Positions 39,057-52,985 are shown, counted from the first letter of the whole stretch. The stretch is 63,637 bases of DNA, filler included, from Octopus bimaculoides (GCF_001194135.2; 6 parts of 6 records of this genome joined end to end with filler, not necessarily neighbours in it); one strand, 5' to 3'. A program made the numbers and translations. Notes: generated by a model not told the origin, from the sequence alone.

Positions 39057-39264
39057 AAGGCTAAACTTCCTAATAGTTCTATTATCATCCTCAACTTGGC
39101 CTTGGAGTAGACAGACATATGTAAACACTCCAGTTATTCATCTGCTGTTGTAGTCGTTATGATTAATTGTGTTTTAAGTATTGAGTACTTCTTCCATTCG
39201 TTTGTAGAACAGCCATAAGTATGATATAGTGGGCATCAGCATCTATATTAGGAAGTTTAGCCTT
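39057..39264. mobile_element. 208-bp MITE candidate
   Basis: Perfect 19-bp TIRs AAGGCTAAACTTCCTAATA (39057-39075) and TATTAGGAAGTTTAGCCTT (39246-39264). No clear TSD. Confidence 0.65.
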
Positions 39265-39345
39265 ATATTATATGATTCATAATATATATGTGTTTATATA
39301 AAATCCATGAAATATATATATATGTATTCAATTATATGTATTAAA

Positions 39346-39508
39346 GGCGCAGGAGTGGCTGTGTGGTAAGTAGCTTGCCTACCAAATACATGGTCCCAGG
39401 TTCAGTCCCACTGCGTGGCACCTTGGGCAAGTGTCTTCTACTATAGCCTCGGGCCGACCAAAGCCTTGAGTGGATTTGGTAGACGGAAACTGAAAGAAGC
39501 CCGTCGTA

Positions 39509-39551
<43 letters not shown>

Positions 39552-39711
39552 CTGTGTTTGTCCCTCCACCATCGCTTGATAACCGAAGCTGGTGTGTTTA
39601 CGCCCCCGTAACTTAGCGGTTCGGCAAAAAGAGACCGATAGAATAAGTACCAGGCTTGCAAAGAATAAGTCCTAGGGTCGATTAGCTCGACTAAAGGTGG
39701 TGCTCCAGCAT
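39346..39711 (+). mobile_element. tRNA-derived SINE, family B (CORE-like, internal (TA)n(TG)n)
   Basis: Head ggcgcaggagtggctgtgtggtaag...gggttcagtcccactgcg, followed by accttgggcaagt (CORE-like). Tail-only or partial copies lie at ~16715-16790, 17100-17310, 22945-23115, 43680-43800, 57355-57520 and 62535-62655. Confidence 0.9.
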
Positions 39712-41040
39712 NNNNNNNNNNNNNNNNNNNNNNNNNNNNNNNNNNNNNNATTTAGAACTGCCATTGAGATGTCTTATATCACGTACAAACACTCTCATAC
39801 ACGCACGTATACACATACACTCCCACTTATATATACGCACACAACATATATGAACACACACATACACAACCACTCAAACACACACACACACATATACACA
39901 TATATACGCATATATAATATGTGTGTGTATGTGTGCGTGTACATATGTAGATGCGTGAGTCTATAAATGTGTACAATTATATACCCGTTCCTGTGTGTGC
40001 GCGTGTGCATGCAAAGCCTGACTACACCATCCGTTATTATAGGTTTAGCTACATACTTTCAATCAAAATTATGCATAAATTTGCTCAATAGACCATAGAA
40101 CATTATAATGAATTAATGGATTACTTGTAATATTTAATTAGCATTCTTAATGAGAATGTCTACGTCGTTGTGACTGCACCGATACTGAAGCAAAGCAACC
40201 AAATCTTCCCGTTTCTAACGTCTCAATTAATTTAGAACTGCCATTGAGATGTCTTATATCACGTACAAACACTCTCATACACGCACGTATACACATACAC
40301 TCCCACTTATATATACGCACACAACATATATGAACACACACATACACAACCACTCAAACACACACACACACATATACACATATATACGCATATATAATAT
40401 GTGTGTGTATGTGCGCGTGTGTATGTGAGTGTATATTTAATATCATTGGGTAATAACCATATAGCGTTCTTTCCAAAGCTCCTCTGCGGTTGTCGGCTAT
40501 CATATGCTATCATACAACAGGAATTCTCCTTTGAGTGGATACAGATGTGAAAATCCTTTAATATCCGCAGAATTCATACTAAACACATGCCATTCAAGTA
40601 ACTGAAATGAACAGGTTTTAATTCAAGTCATTACAAGTGTTTCAATGCATGAGTATCAAATCGTAATTGCTGAATGTTACATATATTATACACACTATTG
40701 CATTAATATGATCCAACAATAACAGCGTACCTGCACGTTTTCAGGTGCATGGGTACGATAGAACATACATAGATAGATTGATAGATAGATAGATTGATAT
40801 ATAGATAGACTGATAGATAGATAGATAGATAGATAGATATAAGCCACTCATATATATATCAACCCCAGTATTCAACTGGTACTTAATTTATCGGCCCCGA
40901 AAAGATGAACTGCAAAGTCGACCTACGGGCGGAATTTGAACGCAGAACTTAATGAGTTAGAAAATAATTCACTGAGCATTTTGTCCGATTCTACAAACGA
41001 TTCTGCGAACTTGCCACAATAATAATAATAATTATTATTA

Positions 41041-41350
41041 TTCTTTTATTCATATATTCTTTTACTTGTTTCAGTCATTTGACTGCAGCCATGCTGGAGC
41101 ACCGCCTTTAGTCGAGCAAATCGACCCCAGGACTTATTCTTTGTAAGCTTAGTACTTATTCTATCGACCTCTTTTGCCCAACCGCTAAGTTACGGGGACA
41201 TAAACATACACGCATCGGTTGTCAAGTGATGTGGTGGAGGTGGTGGTGGGGGACAAACACAGACACACAAACATATACACACATATATATATATATATGT
41301 ATACATATATTCGACAAGCTTCTTTCAGTTTCCGTCTACCAAATCCACAC
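41041..41350 (-). mobile_element. SINE family B, head-truncated copy
   Basis: Reverse complement of the body and tail of 39346-39711. Confidence 0.85.
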
Positions 41351-41365
41351 AACCACTACTGCGCC

Positions 41366-41398
<33 letters not shown>

Positions 41399-41828
41399 CC
41401 TTATATATAAGCACAGTCGATTACAACGACTCCAGTGCTCACCTGGTACTTATTTTATCGACTTCGAAAGGATGAAAGGCAAAGTCGATAGAGGGATGCG
41501 TTAGCAAATATAATACCTGTTATACAAAAACGACTGAGTGGCTACGGTTGGAACGTCTCTGATCATAGGCATGCTTGCTCTATCATAGCTGGCCTTGAGC
41601 ACCGCCAACAACAACAACAGCAATTATTAACAGCATTTTGTGTATTCCATCCTCCAGTCTCTCTAGCATTCCCTGCTTATATTCCTTCGCTCCTTGTCCA
41701 TCTGTCACAAGTAAACTTATTGCTGTCATAAAACTCCATCGTAATTGGTATCACAATCAGACCACACACAATTTGACCGATCTAACCGGATACTGTAACT
41801 GAATGTAATAGTCATCTATCTATCTATC

Positions 41829-41917
<89 letters not shown>

Positions 41918-42303
41918 ATGTGTGTCTGTGTATATGTAGGTATATATATATATATATATATATATACTTATGTATGTATATATAAAAGATGTGTGTCTGT
42001 GTATATGTATGTATGTAGGTATGTATGTATGTATATATATAGATATATATTTAACGTGACGAATTTAATCTCTCCGTCTGACTTCCGTTTTGTTTACAGT
42101 AGCGTCACAGATATACGATTGTTTTCTTGATAGCAGATGATTGATAGTAAAAAGCTTCTATTCATATGATTTTTGCTAATGTTTTCTTTTTGCCTTCTTC
42201 CACCGTCTATACTCTCAAAACCCTCTGAGCTATTATTATGCGAAAAAAAAGGTACTGAAATATTTTAAACCAGGCAACCCCAAATTTTGAAATATGTATG
42301 TAT

Positions 42304-42337
<34 letters not shown>

Positions 42338-42957
42338 TTACTTTGTATTATATTATACTTATTTATTGTAGTTTTACTTATTAATTTTCTATATGTGACT
42401 GGATTTTCATCGATGTGTTCATGAACCTTGGTTCTTTTCTCTACAACAAAATACATATATATATATATNNNNNNNNNNNNNNNNNNNNNNNNNNNNNNNN
42501 NNNNNNNNNNNNTTAATTAATTAANNNNNNNNNNNNNNNNNNNNNNNNNNNNNNNNNNNNNNNNNNNNACCACCACCACCACCATCACCATCATAAGCAC
42601 CATCCCCCACCACCACCACCACCACCGCCGCCGTCGCCGCCACAGCCGCCACAACCACCACCGCTATCAACCCCCGCCACTATCACTGCCCTCAATACCT
42701 GCACCGACAGCCACAACACAAATATTAATAGGACAACTAGGACTACTACTACCACCACCAACACCACAAACATTATTAAAATGCCACAGTTACCGCCATC
42801 ACCACTACAACACAACCACCACTATATTCGATACATCTTGTAGTATGCTGTTTAAAGCCTGTTCGCAGTATTCGGCTACCTTATGTCATCAACAGTATGG
42901 AGGTACATGCCAGTGGATTTATTTCAGGAGTTCTTTCGTATCCGTAGAGTTTATTAA

Positions 42958-43633
42958 ATATTTGAGAAAAAGAAAATGGAATTCAGGAGATTCTTTCACT
43001 ACGATAGTTTCGACTCACGTGCACCGGTGCCTCGCAGGTGAGATGCTGTACAAACAGTTGTGATACATCGAAGGTACAGCTATGTCTCATCGGGTGGACT
43101 TATCAAAAGGTACCTCATTTATTAATCTATGTTTCGCTTATTTCTATTAGAATACATTTGATTGTTGTAATGTGAAGCGGATATTAAAAAAACGAGGTAC
43201 CTTTTGATAAGTCACCTCATGACACACTCGCATCTNNNNNNNNNNNNNNNNNNNNNNNNNNNNNNNNNNNNNNNNNNNNNNNNNNNNNNNNNNNNNNNNN
43301 NNNNNNNNNNNNNNNNNNNNNNNNNNNNNNNNNNNNNNNNNNNNNNNNNNNNNNNNNNNNNNNNNNNNNNNNNNNNNNNNNNNNNNNNNNNNNNNNNNNN
43401 NNNNNNNNNNNNNNNNNNNNNNNNNNNNNNNNNNNNNNNNNNNNNNNNNNNNNNNNNNNNNNNNNNNNNNNNNNNNNNNNNNNNNNNNNNNNNNNNNNNN
43501 NNNNNNNNNNNNNNNNNNNNNNNNNNNNNNNNNNNNNTAGCATATCACCCGCGAGGCACTGATGCACGATGGGTCTAAACGATCGTAGTGAATTATAAAG
43601 AATCTCGTGAGTTCCATTTTCTTTCTCTCATAT
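42958..43633. mobile_element. Imperfect foldback element spanning a gap
   Basis: 42958-43050 is inverted relative to 43538-43633, and 43085-43115 is inverted relative to 43194-43230. The centre is near 43155. Confidence 0.6.
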
Positions 43634-44018
43634 GTGTGTGTGGATGTGTGTGTATGTGTGGGGCACCGTCTAGAAAAAATGATTTAGTCGAGCAAATCGA
43701 CTCCAGTACTTGTTTTTAAGCTCGGTACTTACTTTATCGGTTATTTTTGCTGAACTACTAAGTTGCGGAGATGTAAACAAACCAACACAAGTTGTCGAGC
43801 GGAGAAGGGGAGAAAGCACATAAGCACACGCACGCACGCACGCACACACACACACACGCACACACACGCACACACACGCACGCACACACACGCATACACA
43901 CACACACACATTCACACATATACGTATGTATGTCGAAATAACGATATCCCAGAATCCCTTGTACACACACACACACGCGCGTGTATGTGCACATGCATGT
44001 ATGTGTGTGTGTGTGTGC

Positions 44019-44057
<39 letters not shown>

Positions 44058-44597
44058 TGTGTACAAGGGTTTCTCTGATACCGGTATTTCGATATGTTGT
44101 GTCTCGTCAGGTGGAAATACACCGACGAATCTAAACAAGAGACAATGGCCTTGTTTATAATTTCAGCGAACAAACTCTTCGCTGATCCGTGCTGATATTA
44201 CCAACGAATAACAAATCGGTATATGCACCATGGTTAGTGATATTCGAAATGACGATTTATGTATATATCCTTAGTAGATTCTTGCAGATTTCAATTGAAA
44301 AGCGAAGCTGAGGAAACAACTCTGTTGATTGCTATTAAAATTAGCTTATAAAGTAGATCGGTTTTTCTAAAGCTTTTAAGGTTTGTAAGAAAATTCATTT
44401 GAATAAAAAAAAGTGTCGGCTTCTTGAATCTAAAAAGGGGCAGAACCAGAGACCTCGGACTGCATTGTCTAATGTGTCAGTCTTTACTGAAGAACAAAGA
44501 ATTTTAATTGCTATTTCTTGCAAGTCGAGGAAAGAATGAAGACCACTTAATCTGGTTCGTAGTATTGTCTTTCATATCTTTCATATCGATGTGTGCG

Positions 44598-44879
44598 TGT
44601 GGAGGCGCAATGGCCCAGTAGTTAGGGCAGCGGACTCGTGGTCATAGGATCGCGGTTTCGATTTCCAGACCGGGCGTTGTGAGTGTTTATTGAATGAAAA
44701 CACCTAAAGCTCCACGAGGCTCCGGCAGGGGATGGTGGCGAACCCTGCTGTACTCTTCCACCACAACTTTCTCTCACTCTTATTTCCTGTTTCTGTTGTG
44801 CCTGTAATTCAAAGGGTCAGCCTTGTCACACTGTGTCACGCTGAATCTCCCCGAGAACTACGTTAAGAGTACACGTGTC
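44598..44879 (+). mobile_element. tRNA-derived SINE, family C
   Basis: Head ggaggcgcaatggcccagtagttagggcagcggactc...ggtttcgattt. Near-identical to 61843-62165; its 3' part also occurs inverted at ~35525-35640. Confidence 0.9.
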
Positions 44880-46819
44880 NNNNNNNNNNNNNNNNNNNNN
44901 NNNNNNNNNNNNNNNNNNNNNNNNNNNNNNNNNNNNNNNNNNNNNNNNNNNNNNNNNNNNNNNNNNNNNNNNNNNNNNNNNNNNNNNNNNNNNNNNNNNN
45001 NNNNNNNNNNNNNNNNNNNNNNNNNNNNNNNNNNNNNNNNNNNNNNNNNNNNNNNNNNNNNNNNNNNNNNNNNNNNNNNNNNNNNNNNNNNNNNNNNNNN
45101 NNNNNNNNNNNNNNNNNNNNNNNNNNNNNNNNNNNNNNNNNNNNNNNNNNNNNNNNNNNNNNNNNNNNNNNNNNNNNNNNNNNNNNNNNNNNNNNNNNNN
45201 NNNNNNNNNNNNNNNNNNNNNNNNNNNNNNNNNNNNNNNNNNNNNNNNNNNNNNNNNNNNNNNNNNNNNNNNNNNNNNNNNNNNNNNNNNNNNNNNNNNN
45301 NNNNNNNNNNNNNNNNNNNNNNNNNNNNNNNNNNNNNNNNNNNNNNNNNNNNNNNNNNNNNNNNNNNNNNNNNNNNNNNNNNNNNNNNNNNNNNNNNNNN
45401 NNNNNNNNNNNNNNNNNNNNNNNNNNNNNNNNNNNNNNNNNNNNNNNNNNNNNNNNNNNNNNNNNNNNNNNNNNNNNNNNNNNNNNNNNNNNNNNNNNNN
45501 NNNNNNNNNNNNNNNNNNNNNNNNNNNNNNNNNNNNNNNNNNNNNNNNNNNNNNNNNNNNNNNNNNNNNNNNNNNNNNNNNNNNNNNNNNNNNNNNNNNN
45601 NNNNNNNNNNNACACACACACATACACACACAGATACACACACACATATATATGTATGCATGTGTATATGCATATGCGTACCTATATATATCTGTATCTA
45701 TGTATAGACATGTATCTGTCAACACATATACACTCACACACAAGCGCGCGCGTACACACATAAACGACGAGAGGAGGGGGAGCGCCAAGTAGATAGAGAA
45801 AAAGATAATAGAGAGATGAAGGTGAAAACCAAACCAAATCAAAAAATATAATAAAAACAATATACAATAAAATAAAACAATGCGAAACAGCTAGAGAAAT
45901 ACAAAAAGAACCCCAAAAAACAAAGATTAGCAACGGACCTCGAAATGAAATTGCAAATCGCAACGAAAGATCGCAAAGCAAGGTTATATCCAACGAGATA
46001 TAAACTCCCTGTAAGTTTACGAGCCAGCAGCATATTGGTTTCTGTGACAGCAATTGCCACATAATTTACCACAAGCAAGCAAGGCCCCCGTTGAGGAGCA
46101 ATGGTCGTTATTCCGCATTGACGAACACGCATTGAACGCCGCCATTATTAACTAGTAACAACTCTCCAAATGTGTATGCCTCTCTATCTCTCTCTCCGTA
46201 TGTTTCTGTTTCTGCTTCTGCCTATCTGTCCGTCTGTCTGTCTATCTGTCTGTCTATCTGTCTGTCTATCTATCTCTCTGTCTGTTTGTTTCTCGCCCAC
46301 CTCTCTCTCTCTCTCTTTCCCCCTTACGAAATACGGAAAATGACGAACAACTCATCAGTCCTCGTTCCCGATTAAAACATGTCGGGCCAAGCTTTGTAAT
46401 GACCACGAGATTAACAAGATGACTGGTACGGCGGTGGGATGGTGGGATGATGGGATAGTAGGATGGGGTGGGAGGGATAGTGGCAGTTAAATTGTGGTGA
46501 GGGACGCTGTTGGTTGGCTGTGTGGGATATTGCGGTATGGATGAAGGTGATGGCTTGGACTGACGTAGAATTTGTTTTATACCATCTCGTTGTTGTTGTG
46601 TCAAACGTCATTTGTTCATCTTTCGACCTAACACATAACGATTATTGTTATTGTTGTTGAGGTTATTGTCATTGTTGCTGCTTTCGTTGATTTTGTTGCT
46701 GTTGCTGTTGGCTGTGCTAATGATGACCAATATGGCCGTCTTTTGGTATGGCCGTTTATTTGTGTGTATATGTGTTTCAATTTCAGTGTATGGCTGTGTG
46801 TGTCTGAGTGTGTGTGTCT

Positions 46820-46882
<63 letters not shown>

Positions 46883-47042
46883 TGAGGGCGCGTGCGTTTT
46901 TGTATGAATATACACGTAAGCGTTGCTCAATTATTCATGGTTGTCTGAATATGTGAACTTGCACTTTGCTCGTGTTTACGCTGCCAGCATATTTCTGTCG
47001 GCATCATACCTCGTTCATGCATATCTATGCAGTCATATGAAT

Positions 47043-47077
<35 letters not shown>

Positions 47078-47080
<3 letters not shown>

Positions 47081-47348
47081 TGACCTAGTGGTTACGATAT
47101 AACACACGCGATCGCGGGTTCGATTCCTGGATCAGGCAGAGCGTTGTTTTCTGGAGCAAAACACCTCATCTGAAGTTGATGACTACGACAACATTTGACG
47201 TGGCACATCGTGCACCAGTGCAGGCAATGTCGGTTTGGTAGCTGGAGTGAGGTAGTGTACAGCTCAAACATTTGGTAATCGTTCAGCAAAGAATTGCAGA
47301 ACCCTCGTTTGTCGCCTATGACAGGACGGTACACATACATACATACAT
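47078..47348 (+). mobile_element. tRNA-derived SINE (family D) with (CATA)n tail
   Basis: tgacctagtggtta (A box) and gggttcgattcc (B box). The body ends ggacggtacacatacatacatac. Confidence 0.65.
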
Positions 47349-47682
47349 ACTGCCTCAACAAAAACCTGAAAGAAAAAGGCTGTTTAGAAGACTACAGATT
47401 CAAGCCATCAATGGAACTGTAAAGATATGTAAAACTTTCCAAAAATTTAGCACATAAATACATATGCATGCATCTAGACATGAAAATATATACATAAAAA
47501 CGCATCCATAAAGCAAACATACAAATCTGCGCATACACTAACACCAAATACTGCACACACACACATATGCACAAATACTTAGATGATGTTGATAAAAGTT
47601 CCAATGAAGGAGCCTTGAATCTATGTTAGAGTCCGGCTCTTTCTCTATTGACAAGAAATACAGAAATGAAACTGATTGATAA
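47349..47682 (+). mobile_element. R4/Dong-type 3' end, second (TACA)n-associated copy
   Basis: KPERKRLFRRLQIQAINGTVKICKTFQKFST* is homologous to 2930-3027. The 3' UTR ttccaatgaaggag...ccggctc matches 3157-3200. A (CATA)n tail follows at 47683-47718. Confidence 0.8.
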
Positions 47683-48322
47683 CATACATACATACATACA
47701 TACATACATACATACATAAACGCAAACATACACACACACATTATCTAATAACAATATGATTTGCCTCCATGCAACTTAAAGTTTCGTGGGAGGCTTGTAA
47801 AACGAACCTAGCTCTTCAGGATTAGATAACTGAATGGAGAAACCTATTGATAAATCACACCCATTCTTAAGATAAAAAAAAACACAGGATGATATGCTTC
47901 TGTATGCTCTATATTTGAAAAACAGATAATGACTGGGGTGCCTTTGACCATAGATCTGTTCAATCAAAATTGGCTAGGGGCTAAAACAGCAAAAACAACC
48001 ACAACAATTAAGAGAAGAACAACAAAAACAACAGCGAAAATGATACAACAAAGCAAGTGTGCAACGGAACTGAACCTGCGATTTCTGAGGAGAAAGTCAG
48101 TGCAAAAGCTTTATCTTCTCGGTCAGTTTGTTTTCAGTCTCCTAGAGCGATCGCAATGGTCGTAAACATTGCTGGTTGCTGGAGCTGTCCCATTAGTTGA
48201 GAGGCGGGTGACAAGGTTGTAAGGCGAAACATCATACGTCTTAGCAGTTTTGACCAGAGGTTCTTGACCACCCGCCAGTCTATGCTGAATATATCAATAT
48301 ACAGGCACAACCTCAGCCAAAC

Positions 48323-48366
<44 letters not shown>

Positions 48367-49306
48367 CAAACACACACACGCAAAGCTACAACAAGCACNN
48401 NNNNNNNNNNNNNNNNNNNNNNNNNNNNNNNNNNNNNNNNNNNNNNNNNNNNNNNNNNNNNNNNNNNNNNNNNNNNNNNNNNNNNNNNNNNNNNNNNNNN
48501 NNNNNNNNNNNNNNNNNNNNNNNNNNNNNNNNNNNNNNNNNNNNNNNNNNNNNNNNNNNNNNNNNNNNNNNNNNNNNNNNNNNNNNNNNNNNNNNNNNNN
48601 NNNNNNNNNNNNNNNNNNNNNNNNNNNNNNNNNNNNNNNNNNNNNNNNNNNNNNNNNNNNNNNNNNNNNNNNNNNNNNNNNNNNNNNNNNNNNNNNNNNN
48701 NNNNNNNNNNNNNNNNNNNNNNNNNNNNNNNNNNNNNNNNNNNNNNNNNNNNNNNNNNNNNNNNNNNNNNNNNNNNNNNNNNNNNNNNNNNNNNNNNNNN
48801 NNNNNNNNNNNNNNNNNNNNNNNNNNNNNNNNNNNNNNNNNNNNNNNNNNNNNNNNNNNNNNNNNNNNNNNNNNNNNNNNNNNNNNNNNNNNNNNNNNNN
48901 NNNNNNNNNNNNNNNNNNNNNNNNNNNNNNNNNNNNNNNNNNNNNNNNNNNNNNNNNNNNNNNNNNNNNNNNNNNNNNNNNNNNNNNNNNNNNNNNNNNN
49001 NNNNNNNNNNNNNNNNNNNNNNNNNNNNNNNNNNNNCCACCGCCACCACCATGACAGCAACAACAACAACAACAACAACAATCGTCACCGCCGCCACCAT
49101 CTTTCTCTGTATAGAAAAACATGAATGAATCGACGACACATGGAATAAACTGTATATAATGAGGTGAAACGGGTGATTTACTGTTAACCTGACAGTTAGG
49201 TTGTGCATGTGGCGAGATGCGCACGCATGAAACGTGTACATGCGTGTGCCTGACTTACTGTGTCTGTGTGTATGTTCATTATTATGTCTCCGTGTCCGTG
49301 TCCATG

Positions 49307-49338
<32 letters not shown>

Positions 49339-49453
49339 GTAGTGCAGAGGAGCGTGTTTATAATTATGGTTGTTTGTATGAATATAGAAATTATGACCAT
49401 AAGTTATAACTAACAATCGATCTGCTCTCTGTGGCTATAGTCATTCCAAGATG

Positions 49454-49506
<53 letters not shown>

Positions 49507-50529
49507 ATGTGTGAAAGAGAGAGTGAGAGAAAGTGAGTTGTTATTTGAGAGTTTCACGCTTCCGACGATCATACGACTGAATATAAAATGTTTGGAGGTT
49601 GTATATATATATANNNNNNNNNNNNNNNNNNNNNNNNNNNNNNNNNNNNNNNNNNNNNNNNNNNNNNNNNNNNNNNNNNNNNNNNNNNNNNNNNNNNNNN
49701 NNNNNNNNNNNNNNNNNNNNNNNNNNNNNNNNNNNNNNNNNNNNNNNNNNNNNNNNNNNNNNNNNNNNNNNNNNNNNNNNNNATATGCTAGAAAAATTTA
49801 GCGACACAACAGACTGTAAAAGGGCAAGACAAATGAAAAAATACTAAATAAAAAACGATTAACCTACGTACCGTGGTTTCACCTGTTAAAATTTACATAA
49901 GTAAATATCTGCAAGATCATCAGCGTAGTCTGTCGATTTATAAAATATAATTTCCAGAACTAGATACAAGACGTCCACACGAGACACACACACAACACAC
50001 ACACGACACACACACATACGCACACGCACACGCACACACGCGCACGCGCGCACCACTCGCGCGCGCAAACACACGCACACACACACATGCACACACGCAC
50101 ACACATACGCATACAAACACGCACGCTCATATATCTATCATCTCATTAGAGCAACGTATGAATGCATTTTATGTACACAGATAGACAGTTGTATCATAGA
50201 AGGTTGTTTAAACATCCTTTTCCCCCTTACGTTCGTATATACACGCCCTGAATATCGTCTTTATATATGTTACATACATAACAATGGGTCTACGACTTAA
50301 CAAACATCGCCATCTTGGTCACGTGTCTTCATTTCCGTTTCTTTTCCCCCGTCTTTCATTCATTTTTCATACCTCTTTTCATACCTCTTCTTTCTTTTTT
50401 TTGCCCTTCTTACGTTCGTTATTGCTTTAATTGTTCCTTTTCTTAACAACACCTGACACCCGAACGATGATCTGATTAACACTGTACACACGTGCGCACG
50501 CGCACGTAAAACACATGCGCGCGCGCGTG

Positions 50530-50561
<32 letters not shown>

Positions 50562-50653
50562 GGTAAAAGCACTCGCACACACAAAGAAATATACATATGT
50601 ATGTGTGTATATCGATATACATACATATATATATATGTATATATGCATACAAG

Positions 50654-50696
<43 letters not shown>

Positions 50697-50707
50697 NNNN
50701 NNNNNNA

Positions 50708-50750
<43 letters not shown>

Positions 50751-51849
50751 CTATATAGAGAGAGAAAGAGAGAGAGAGAGAGAGATACATAGATAGATAA
50801 TTAGATAGATAGATAGATAGATAGATAGATGAATACAAATATATTTATAGATGTATATAAATATATATATATATACATATATAAATACATGCACACATGC
50901 ACATAAGTGTGTGTGTGTGTGTGTTCGTGTGTGTTCGCGCGCGTTTGTGTACGTGCCTGTGTGCGTGCGTGCATGTATTGTCTTGCATTCTATGCGGCCG
51001 TGTTACGGGTGGGAAACGAAGCCATATGGACTGGAGAGCTGGATGCGCACAAGCCCGCCACACACAGTAATTGTTATGATTAATGAAATATTGAAAACAA
51101 GCCAAATTATCTGTCTGTTAGTACAAATTTAACGAAAAATTGCTTACGTGGGCAGTTAAGTGGAGAGGTCAGATCATCTCATTATACCTCCTTCCCCAGC
51201 AAAATTAACTTACACCTGTTGTGTCTTACATTTGTTAATGATTATGTTACCTTTAAGAAGCATTTGTTTGTTATGTAAATGAAAACTTTTCAAAGAAAGT
51301 TCGAAGGAATGTTAAGCTTCCCTCCGCCTGTCAGCTATTTGCAAAATCATAGCGGTGTTGCACCAACCTAAGAGTCGATCGTGGTAACACAAAGGCATCA
51401 CAGCCAGGAATACTTGTCTCCCAGGCTATGTAACAAGTCTTTTGACCAAAACATAAACTATGTAGTTGATCTGAAAGAAAATCAATGCAAAATACGCTAC
51501 TCCCCGTAGCGTGGTTTATTCATGATAAATTAATGGTTTCTTACATATTTCAGTATACTGGTGCAGCAATGTATTCACATGCACAGAATCATGCATGTTT
51601 CCACACGCAAAAACCACTTCGAAATATCTTTCATTAAATGTATGGTGATGCATACTAAATCGTCTCCCCACCACTAACAATATCCCTGTAAAATAGGGTT
51701 GCATCCTATGCGACAATGCGCCTTATACGCCAGCAAATGCAAAAACGGTACACATGTATTCACACACATACCCCACCCCACCCAACACTCACACACACAG
51801 ACAATCACACACATATACAAAACATTCATCATGTTAAATCGTTCTTCCC

Positions 51850-52015
51850 TACATATTTTTTCTCCCGGTTTTTACATTCTCTCTCAATTTTTCCCTCTCA
51901 TCCCTTTTTCTCGAAGAGCGTAGGTTCGAAACGTCAAACTAATACACCTGCTTGTCGTTCTCTCACATGTGTTCGTCTTTTAGTTTCTGTAAATTTGAAC
52001 TACATACATACATAC
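51850..52015 (+). repeat. Penelope-pLTR-like repeat with minimal hammerhead-like motif, copy B
   Basis: ttttt-CTCGAAGA-G-CGTAGGTT-C-GAAAC-GTC-aaa at 51905-51938. Homologous to 20150-20340. Confidence 0.6.
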
Positions 52016-52399
52016 ATGTATTCAAATAGGTATATAAGCTCTGTGTGAAGAAAAATAAACCTGGCTAAAAAAATTGACCTGTGATAGTGTTATGTCTCAA
52101 GTTACTGCTATCTAGCACCTTCGGATGATCTCTACTCGACTGCTACTCAACTGCTACTCAACAGTCACTCAACCCCTCTACCACGGCTAGACTACCTCTA
52201 TTTATATGTCTTGGGCGATCCTACTTCTTCACTTGGGGTCATCGACACAACAGATAGCTGGAGAAATCCATGTAATTCGTACTTTAATACACAGTAACCG
52301 GGTCGTTTTGTAAATCAAAATTTTAGTCACCAAGTAAAATTTGTATTGTGTTACAGGGTATCATAGAAAAGGCATATAGTTAATATATTATTCCAGCTT

Positions 52400-52740
52400 A
52401 CAGGTGTTTCCGATAAGATCGGAGAATCAAAGCTCCCATAACATAATATTCACATTTATTGATCGATTCCATAATTAGACGATTGAATAAGGCAGAGAAA
52501 AGATTCATTCCTCTTATCTTCTTCAGAGCTAAACAATACTGGATGCGACGGAGAATGGCTGGCCAAAGTAGTGGTCTTAACGGAAACAGGTGTAAGCTGA
52601 AATAATGTAAAAATATCCATTACTTTAGTGCATTTTCCCATACACACTTTTTCAGAAACTGTTTTCGGCTTGCAATACCCCCAGAGATAGAATTCTGGCG
52701 CCAAAGGACATAACTCTTAACTTAACCCTTGCTTGGTACA
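52400..52740 (-). mobile_element. Tc1/mariner-superfamily remnant
   Basis: PEFYLWGYCK resembles (P/L)DFFLWGY.K. A TIR-like end caggtgtttccgataag lies at ~52401. Confidence 0.5.
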
Positions 52741-52954
52741 TTTTGTCGAATTTTTCACAGCAACCACAAACCGGATGTATCTTTTCACCTCCAATAATAG
52801 AGAGCAGTCACCATATTTCATTCCATAACGACCATCTTAGAAAAGCGTAGGGTTACATGATCCGGCTGTTACATAACACTCCGTTGAACATCTAGTGCGA
52901 AACCTATTTGTAAGATCGGCTTTAATGGATATATAACATTGTACAGTTCAATTA

Positions 52955-52985
<31 letters not shown>

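Noticed and set aside
39750-40413. Identical ~184-bp direct repeat (39750-39933 and 40230-40413)
   Set aside because: The first copy begins exactly at a gap edge and the two are identical, which is typical of a duplicated contig end. It needs long reads before being believed.
46430-46480. G-rich stretch with several GGG runs (possible G-quadruplex)
   Set aside because: Low-complexity sequence with no supporting context; common by chance in such DNA.
49872-49945. 11-nt micro-exon-like signal (ttttaacAG|GTGAAACCACG|GTacgt) and adjacent DYADDLA peptide
   Set aside because: It is short enough to arise by chance. The YADD-like peptide is at best a tiny RTE remnant.
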